From NCBI RefSeq assembly GCF_009914755.1, contig NC_060935.1: 64,000 bases of DNA; one strand, given 5' to 3'. Shown piece by piece: positions 54,665 to 64,000 of this stretch. Position 1 is the first letter of the stretch, and each line of letters starts with the position of its first letter. A model generated the notes under the pieces. It saw nothing but the letters and a program-made list of their open reading frames with translations, did no database searches and was not told the DNA's origin. The translations under genes were made by a program, and so were the position numbers. This stretch comes from the human T2T-CHM13v2.0 reference genome, Homo sapiens.

Positions 54665-55989
54665 GAATTTCCACATAAAGAATAACACTCAAGCCCAGAT
54701 TTACGTCTATAATCATTGTTTTATCCTAAGGAATAAATCTCCTCTTCTGATTTTGAGTTCTTTTGAAGATTTAATGTTGAATGTTATTGATGGCCTCAGC
54801 ATCCACCAAAGAATTCTTACAGTAAAACCCTTTTTTTCTATCAAAGTTTTGAACTACCCTAATCATTTCCCTATGTGCTAGCTCTGTCTTTGTAGGATAG
54901 CTCATACTTGTTTGTTTTTGAAACATTTCCCTTTTCTGTGTGTAGGATATTATTTGTGATTAAACTATATTTATGAATTAAATGGCCTGTAATCCACATG
55001 CTCTGTCTCCCCCTCTTTCAATTGGTGTTGTCCTCAGGTGTTTCAGATCAAGATCTTATTTATATAACATATAATCTTGTCTGTATTTTGAAATCATTTA
55101 TGTAACTGGTATTTGAACAGTTCGAGATGTTCTGAGAATCCATTAGGGGCTTCCTTTAGAAGTGTGTAGAGAGGACAGAACTTTCCCTAACAGTTTCTCT
55201 GTCATTTGTCTGTGTTTTAAATTTTTTATTCAACATAATTAGTTCAGCAAGCACTGCTGAATGTAAACCACCTGTGAAACACTAGGCAACATGCTGGAGG
55301 ATAAGACGAACACAGTTTTGGCCATCAGAAAGAAATGAGAATGGTCATATCACCTCTTCATTGGATTCCTCAAGGCCTTCCCTCACCCCGCAGTTTCCCC
55401 AACATGAATCTTACCAGGTCAGTCTTCTAGTTGCACCCCTAACCCCAAAATACCTTGATCTCCTCATTGCCTCTTCCCAACACAAAAGTTCTCTTGCAGA
55501 GAATGCCCTTTTTCTTTTCACCTCTCACTCATCCCAAAGTTCCTGTCTTTGTGATTCTCCCTGAGTGATTTCTCTCTGCTCTCATCTTAATGTTTCCCTT
55601 AAGTGTGCCTTCATCTTGGCAAATAATTATTCATAGCCTTGTCATATTATCTAGTTACCTCCTGTGTTATTATGTACATCTCATATGTCTAATATCCCTG
55701 TAGGGATGGGGCGGAGGGAGATCTGAAGTCTTCTATTTCTTTTGTTTAGCAAACAGAGTCCACTATACAGTGCTAAATATATGGCAGACGTTAAGAAATA
55801 CTTATTGAATAAGTGTGTTGAGGCGTTAACAATTCTTACTTCGTTACCAGGCAGAGCCAGTAAAATCTGTGGCCAAGGACACGTTTTATTCGCTTTAGTA
55901 AACTATTATAACCTATTTGGAGATAAAGGCAAAAGTTTCTACAAAGAACCAAACTCATCTTCCAAGTTCATTAATCAGCCATCCACTCC

Positions 55990-56900
55990 CATTCATTCAA
56001 CAGATAATGATTGAGTACCTCCCATGTGCCAGGTGTTGGGGAGACAGGGTCGAGCAAAGCAAACCATGGTTCATGGTGTTCACAGTACCGGGGGAGACGT
56101 ATTAAACAAGTCAACCGACAAATAAGTGTATAACTTCAAATTTTGTTAAGTACTATAAAGGAATGACAATGACATGGACCATTAAAGTTAGCCTGGGTGG
56201 TTGAGCAGGGCCTCTGTCAGATTAGGAAGTGACATTTAAGCTGAGAGCTGAAGGATGGGTCACTAACCATGTGAAGCTGGGTGAAGAAGCCTGTCTGAGG
56301 GAACAGCATATGCAAAGGCACTGAGGTGTGAAAGAGCTTAGTAGGCCTGAAAGGCAACCAGGAGCCAGTGTGTGGCTGGAGCATGGTGAGTAAGGAGGGG
56401 GAGTGGCATGGGGTGAGGCAGGCCCTGATCTTGAAGACCCTTATGATCCAGGGCAGAGTATTTGGGTTGAAGTGGGTTTTAAGCAGTTTGATATATATTT
56501 TCAGAGATGTTTCAAAGTGCCTAAAGCCAGTTTATTGCTCCAAGCAATAAATATATTCTCTCATTTAATACTGAGAGCATCCAGATGACGTATGTGCTTT
56601 TAATTATGGGATTTTAATATGCTCATTTTCAGTGGAGGAAACCAAGGCCCAGAGATGTTAAGCAACTAGCCCAGGGTCACATCGTATGTTTGTGAAAGGG
56701 GCCAGGGTATCACCAGGTTGTCTTGTGCCTCCAGAGCCTAAGCTCTGCCCGCTGCCTGACCACCACAAGATTACTTGGCCACTGTGTGGCTGGAGGAATT
56801 GGTCAAGTATAGGAGCAGGCGAAATTAGGAGGCTCTTTCAGCAGTCCAGGTAAGAGGCCGTAGCTTGGACCAGGGGTTGCAGTGTGACTGGAGAGGAATG
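55990..56900 (-). mobile_element. L2 3' region interrupted by a MIR (~56520-56740)
   Basis: cattcattcaaca..ttgagtacc..tgtgccagg..gaagtgacatttaagctgaga..gggaacagcatatgcaaagg. Confidence 0.78.
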
Positions 56901-58913
56901 GATATTCTGGGGGCAGAATGAGGATGGGGCAGAGAAAGGGAAATATGTGTTGAAATAAATAGACATGATTTATTTGGACCAAAAAAAGGCTTTGAAGTCT
57001 CATTTTAAAGAATTTAGAATCTAGAAAAGAAACAAAGTAGTAAGCTAAAGCAAACAGCATGAGAAAGAAAATAAAAATATGAACAGAAATGAAGTAAAAA
57101 TCAGGCTAATAAGACAGGGTTTTAAATTTTAATTAATACAGTAGAGCTACTGAATGAGAAAGGAAATATAATTATTATAAAAGAAATCTGTCATATGTAT
57201 GGCATATTATTTATAACTCTTGCTGAATTAGCTAACCCAGCTGAAACAGATACTTAGATAGCATGAGATAATGAAATTGGTCAACAATTTATTGTCATAA
57301 AATCTGATATGCAGTCTCCTGCCCTGCATGTGGCCTACCCTTTCACTTGCTCCCCTCTCCCTTCCCTGCCTGTTGAAGTCTGACCAGTCTTCATGACCCT
57401 GTTCAAATCCCTTCCTAGGACAGAAAAATGAAAATCATTGACATGAATACATGGCTATTTTAGCCCAAATCAACAGTTATCAGCGTTAAGGATGGCCTTG
57501 AATTAGTGGAGGCAGAGGTTAAATTATGGACAGCCTTCTCTGTTGATGGAAGCAAGTGTGGGCTTAATCTTCTTTAGAAATGTTTTCATCTACAACAGAC
57601 ATTTTTTTTTAAAGCAAGTTTTGACACTTTTAAAGGCATACAAAAAAACAATTATCTTGAAACTTTTGTCTTATGGGTCATCAGCAGGGTTGAATAAAGT
57701 CAGAATGAAGTTATCTGTTGGCAAATTGAAGTTGTAAGCTTTAGGTAAAAACATCAAATACAGCTGCTATGTTCCTAACTTTTACTCTCTTGAGAAAAGG
57801 TGAATGACAGTGGTTAGAAGTCAGTTGCCCTCAGGTTCTCAAACTGAGAGATGAGGAAGCCTGTTCCCGATTTCTAGGTAACACAACTGCTTCTGGTCCA
57901 GGCGTGTGTCCCCGAAGCTTGTATACTGACCAGGGCGGAAAAGGGCAGCAGAACCTGGAGGGCAGCTGACATTGCCCACTGCATGCCCATCTCCAGGCCT
58001 CCCCTCCTCCTGGGAGAAGTCTCCCCATTTGTGGAGAACTTCACTATTGGGACAGGGCTCACTACCAGCCTGTGAGACCTCCCTTAGAGAGTGAGCAGCC
58101 ATTTTAAATGGTGCCATGTGCTTTCTGTGAGGGGACTGGGAAATTTACAGAACAGTGGCAAATGATGAGCAGAGAAGTTGGGCAAATGTGGAGTCTCTAG
58201 CCATGTGCTGCATTAGGTATTGCCGGATTACCAGTCTTAGGAAAGTAATATGGCTTTTCTATATCGTGTGCAGGCCACTTCAGCTTCCTTTTCCATATAG
58301 AGTCTCTCATATGAAAGGAGGGAAGGAAGGAAAGTAAGAGGAAAGAAGAGAAGACACAGCAGATCTATAACTAAATGCTAACAGTAGGGCACTCAATCAT
58401 TCATGCAGACATGTATGCTTCAACATTACTAAGCCAGGACAGGGCTGGGGCCTGAGGACTGAGATGACCAAGACCCAGTCTCAAGTCACTATCTTTGACC
58501 AGTTAGCCACATGTTCACAGATACCGCTGTATCTAGATAGTATATGCAGAGTCCCTGGCATAGTATCTGGCACCTATTTGGTCCTCAGTAAACTCTGGCC
58601 ATCATGGCATTACCATCATCTCCATCATGATGAGATATTCATGCGTGTCTGAATCCCTGATTTGGCTCAGTGTCGGGTGCAGAGGTCAAGATGGTAAGTT
58701 GGCCAATTGACTAGCGGAGCAAATACAATTTTTTGGTGCTCACCCCACGCAGGCACCTTTCAAAGGCTCGGAGAAAGCTTCTGAGACTGACCTTTGTCTA
58801 AAACGAGAAGGAACATAAATTTAAAATGTTATAAATTGAAAAGCCAATACAGGGGTATCATTTGCTAAGTGAATAAAAACAGAAGGAGCTTCAGGAATTT
58901 GGGGGAAGGGTAA

Positions 58914-59271
<358 letters not shown>

Positions 59272-59370
59272 CAAAGTTTTAAAAGAAGTACTAACCCTTT
59301 AGCCCTTTAGCAGTGAGAAATAGGGAGAACAAACCCCTCCCCGAGGCCTGCATTTGCAGCACCCTCAATA

Positions 59371-60418
59371 AGTTGCACGTTGGTAAATGTTTAACAACCA
59401 GCTTTCCAGTAAAAAGTGTGTGTACAAATGCATATATAAGTTAATTATAAACTTCACTGATATAAAGGATGTATAGCACACAGTTTACAAATAATAATAA
59501 AATATCAACACTGTTTATTGTAAATTCCATATAGCCAATCCATTCTCACAGAATACTTTTGATACTTTGAGCTCTTGTAGCCATAGCTAACCTATGGTTA
59601 GCCATGATTTGATGCGTGGAATTTCATCAGTCCACTAACCTTTTCCCAATAAATTTATTGTCATTAAATCTGACATGTGATCACTAAACTATTTTTCATT
59701 TTTGTATCTATTAACCCATTTATGCCGGTGGTTGCAAATTTTTTTGTGAAAAATCAGACCTTGGCGATGACCTTGAGCAGTAGGATATAAATAACTCCCA
59801 CAAGCTTAGCGTTCCAATAATGGAACACTAGGCATAACTGGGATAAACTGAAACCTCTTTCAGCTTCAGTACTGAGTATAACTTCATTCACCAATGGCAT
59901 GAGCACCTTCTTTGCTGATCGTATAACAGTTTTAAATACTGGAAGAATATTTTCCTTTTTTTAATGTTATTCATGATATAATGACTACAGACACTTTTAA
60001 ATTTTACAGACTCCCTTTAAGTTTAATCTGCATCATTGACATTCCTTCATCATTTTCTTAAGTCTAGATAATCAACAGAATGAGAAATCAAACCCTGATT
60101 TGCAATGTTGGTTGATTTCCAAGAAGTAAATACCCCCACTAGGGCCAATTTTGTTGTATCCCTGAACATGGAATTGGGAAGAGCAGCACACCATTGTGTA
60201 GTAGTACTTCTGCCATATAGATGCAGAACATCATCTCAAGAACGTAGATCATCAATATAAGTGATGAGTTGTGAGTATTACCTTTCTCAGTATAATTTAC
60301 TTAATTGCAACTTTGTATTTTAAATTTTAATAATAACTGTATTTAACAACTGGCTCCCTGAATCCCTGAAAATTTAACATTTGAGAGCTGGTAGGAGCCA
60401 GTTCCAACACACCCATTG
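59371..60418. mobile_element. MER63-type (hAT-Blackjack) element split by MER85
   Basis: tggtaaatgtttaacaaccagct..tataaaggatgtatagcacaca..tttaacaactggctc..gagccagttccaacacacc. Confidence 0.72.
59715..59842 (-). mobile_element. MER85 piggyBac (PGBD3-derived) MITE
   Basis: TTAA|CCCATTTATGCC ... GGCATAACTGGG|ATAA; internal palindrome GTTCCAATAATGGAAC at 59811-59826. Confidence 0.95.
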
Positions 60419-63400
60419 CCCTCTTTCCTAACGAGGGTAAAAGTCTCCTCTTTGGGTGAGTGAGTACCTTTCGTCACCTTGCCCCTCCTGGACACACAGG
60501 TCTTTGTTGCTCACACTGCCTCCAGCAGAAAACCCACACACAGAGGCTCCTTTCTTTCCTGAATCTCATACCAAGATGCTGTGGGGGGTTTGACATGGAT
60601 CTTGCCTAAGCCTTATTACTCACATGAATCATGACGTTTAATGCATTTACTAAGACCTTTCCATCTCACACTTATTTTCCCTTATATCTTAAAAAAAGGA
60701 ATAAGAAAGAGGGCCCATGCCTGGCTATAATAGAGGATAGTTATAGACATATCACTTGGGCAGCTGTCAAATTAGTTACTCTAAAGTGTTCAAAAGTTCC
60801 CTCCTGATCTCACCTCCTAAAAGAAATCCAAACGTGCTTGACAGGGCGGAGAAGTCTAGGACTTTCTTTTCCCTCAACCATGCCACAACAACAAAGAGAC
60901 ACGATTCCTAATCGCAAAAGCACAAGCTTTTGTTTGTGCTAACCAGCAAAGCAAATGTTCGAGAAATTTGACAAAAACAAGCTCCTCCTGGCTCCACCCT
61001 CAGCCTTATTTTCCTTTCTTAAGCAATATCCCTTTCACACAGATGTGGACAGAGTGCCAACTGGAAGGCGGGAATAACCTGTCTGCCCCTGCTCCCAGGG
61101 CTGACTCACAGCAGTTTATTTTAGCAGTGGTTGATAAATAGCTGATCCCCCAATACCCCTGCCAGTGTTTCCCATCCTGTGTAGGCAGCCTTGTCCCCAC
61201 TGGGGCCTGCCAGACCCTCCCATAATCTAGCAACAGCAAGTGCTTCCAGACCCTGCTGTGGTATCAGACTGGATAGTGCCTGGATGTTACGCATTGTTAC
61301 ATATCTGTCACCCCTGCGTCCATTCTTTCAATCTTGGCCTTGAGCCACTTAACACCCTGTGCGTTTAGCCCCTGCCTGCAATCCAAACCAGGAGGCTCAG
61401 GCCCACCACGTGGCTGTGGGACCCATCTGATTTTTGGTTTTTCAATAGAGAAGAACTTAGCAGCTTAGAATGAGGCAAGAGTCTGCAGAACCCAAGGCCC
61501 CTTCTCTGAAGTTCTTGCCCCACATTTTCAGTCCTGACATGTTCCCAGATGGCTTCACTCATTCATTCCCACACCCTAGGTCTTTTAAATGGGTTAAAGG
61601 ACCTGTGTGCTCTCACCTGACCTGAAAGGCCACCTGTCCCATGCTAGGGCCTAACCATCTATTGGACCATCTAAATGCAGACCCTGTGCTCAGCTGGGCC
61701 TTATGCCTGTATCTGCATGGCCCTGAGGCCAGTGCCACCATGGGCCCCCCACTCCCTGCCAACTTCCTTCACTCATGTTACTCTTTTTGCCACCATCAAC
61801 ACTTAGCCACACTGCCTTGCTTGCCCTTTGGGACTTTTTTCTCATCTCGTTCTGTGGCTTCTAAATCTAAGCAACCATTTGAATCTAGCAGTTGTTGGAA
61901 ATTCCCAACTTTCTTACTCTGGCTGCAGCCTTGGTCCTCACAGAGGTGAGGATACTAGTTTACACTGGGGTTGCTTGTCCATTGAATCAGAATCATAAAC
62001 GAAATGAAACTCCTTTCTCCAAAAGGGAAGAGCTCTGCAAAGGAGCTATAATATGCCCAATATCTGATTATAAAATCAAAATAAAATTCTTTTTACAATT
62101 AACGTAAAATTTTTCCTACTTTGCTTTGGGTTGGGAAATTACTACTATAGTTGAGTAGTGACTCTTTTTTCCTCATTTTCTTTCTCACCTGTCTCTTGAA
62201 AAATATTGCTCACACATGTTAAAGAATTTATATTAAAAGTGAATTCCAATAAAAGGCCTATTAAATTAGCCTGATTCATTAACTCTTTTTGAAAATAATG
62301 TGCATGTTTAGGACAGTAGTATCTTTCAGTTTTTATTTCATGAGATAAATGTGTTGGGAAATGGAGAGAGTACAAATAGATGTGAATGTCATTTTATCTA
62401 ATTGAAGATGAATGCTGAATTTGGGAGCTGTAGAATTTAGTTTAACTTGCCTTGAAAGAGATTTATGATCATGGGATATGATGCTTTGTCTCCCAACGGC
62501 TCTGCCGTTAACCGTTCACCTCTTGTCTTTGTGAATCCAAAGAGGTAACTTGCAAGGTGGATGGGGCAAGAAACAAGGATGTTGAAGTTTGTTTGGCAAG
62601 TCAACAGAACCAAACCAAACCAAAAAATAACTGCTTATCTGGGCCTGTGCAAGTTAAAGTAATTTGACAAAGAACCACGTTCTGTCATGTGTACGTTATT
62701 TAGGCTCTTGCGTCATTTTTTTCTGTATCAAGATTTTCGAGAATATTTTAAAAAGTGGAGAGCTGTTCTAGCACAGTTGGTGCTGCATTGTTGAAGCCAG
62801 GCATAGCCATTGTATTTGAACCTGTTTTCTATCATGACCTCTGAAAATCCATTCCCAGAAAACTGATTGCTTAGGTCCTGTGGTTACACCCAAAGGAGAT
62901 GGTGGCTAGAAATGAGGGCTCTGTCGTAGCCGTGGTACTGAAAGATGCTTCCTTGATGGAATGTTGCCAGACACGATTTAAAAAATTAAAAGGTATATTA
63001 AATTGAATTGTTTTGAATCGTTTTAATACCCATAGAAGAAGCTAGGAAAAGCTAGAGTTCTTAATGACCTATTTGAAGAATAAAATACACCCAAACCTCT
63101 AGGTCAAATGCTAAATTCCTTCTGCAGGTGGAAAGGCTGCACCTCACAAGGGAGGCCAAGTTTCATTTTTGCGACGACCTTACCCAGCTGAAACTTTCCC
63201 GGAATCTTTTATCATTAGCTCCCCACCCAAAGGATGAAAAACACCATCTGATTTACAGTTTTCCCATCTCTTATTTGAGTTTGCAACTTTCTTGGATAAC
63301 AGATGGCCACAAAATGTGTAAGCCCAAATAAAAGCAAAGCATGGGCTTCACTGGTTCTTCACTGGTATCAGCTGCTTCTTAAAATTAAAATTATGTAAAT

Positions 63401-64000
63401 GATACCTTAGTTTTAAGTGAGAGAATCAGCAATGAAGGAAGCAACCCCAGCACTTGAGAGTATTTCAGTTTGGGTTGTGTGGAAGGTTTGTTCTGTTTTG
63501 TTTTGTTTTTTGTTTTTTGTTTTTTTAAGCTTCTAATGTTTCCTTTTAAAGAGAAATAAAAGAGGCATTTCATAGAAGCACTTTGCAAGTTGCTCATTCA
63601 CAAAGCTTGCAGTTTCACCGGCAGCCGGCCTAGAATCAGAGAGAATATTAGGATTGGCAGAGACCTTAGAGGTTGTTGTTTTAACTGACTTGAAGAGGGA
63701 GGAAAAGACTTGGAGTAAGAGCCCCGAAAAAGGCCCCGGCCTCTCTGGGTTTGGCATCTTTCTTACCTCAAGGAGTTAAAAGTCTGGGCCTGGGCGTGAT
63801 CAGCCAGATGGTCTTTAACAGTAACATGGTTCATATTGTTTAGATTATCCTGTTGCAAGTACCGTGCCTCCTTTACCTTTTATGGAATAAAGTGTGGAAA
63901 ATTGACCACAGATGTAAGTAACCAAGAATGACGGGGAAGCTGTTGTTACCAGGCCTCTCTGTTTCTCTCCAACACGCCTGATCCCACAGATAAAAATAAG

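Overview
Human (or close primate) genomic DNA covering the 5' end of PARVA (alpha-parvin/actopaxin), + strand. It holds about 7.4 kb of upstream sequence that begins inside a dead L1PA, a CpG-island promoter, and coding exon 1 (ATG 7634 to donor 7769/7770, MATSPQKSP...ARRKKAKE, phase 1). The remaining ~56 kb is intron 1; I found no further PARVA exon. Nearly all other ORFs in the track are repeat-derived or CpG-island artefacts. The intron is a mosaic of Alu, L1, L2, MIR, LTR (MER41A, MLT, LTR33-like) and DNA-transposon relics (Tigger2, MER8, MADE1, MER85, MER63, Charlie MITEs), several nested with visible target-site duplications. A MER9 solo LTR lies upstream of the gene. I cannot support a new multi-gene system. 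The best leads are: (1) a candidate upstream alternative first exon ending ATG-G|GTAAGC, in the same phase as exon 1 and surrounded by four CACGTG E-boxes; (2) a 150-bp near-perfect, apparently L2-derived hairpin resembling miR-28/151/708 sequence; (3) a MADE1 hairpin with a symmetric seed-changing substitution; (4) a MER85 retaining the CSB-PGBD3 palindrome; (5) an orphan polyadenylated retrocopy-like insert; (6) a MER41A carrying a GAS motif. Repeat family names come from recalled consensus sequences, not a RepeatMasker run.
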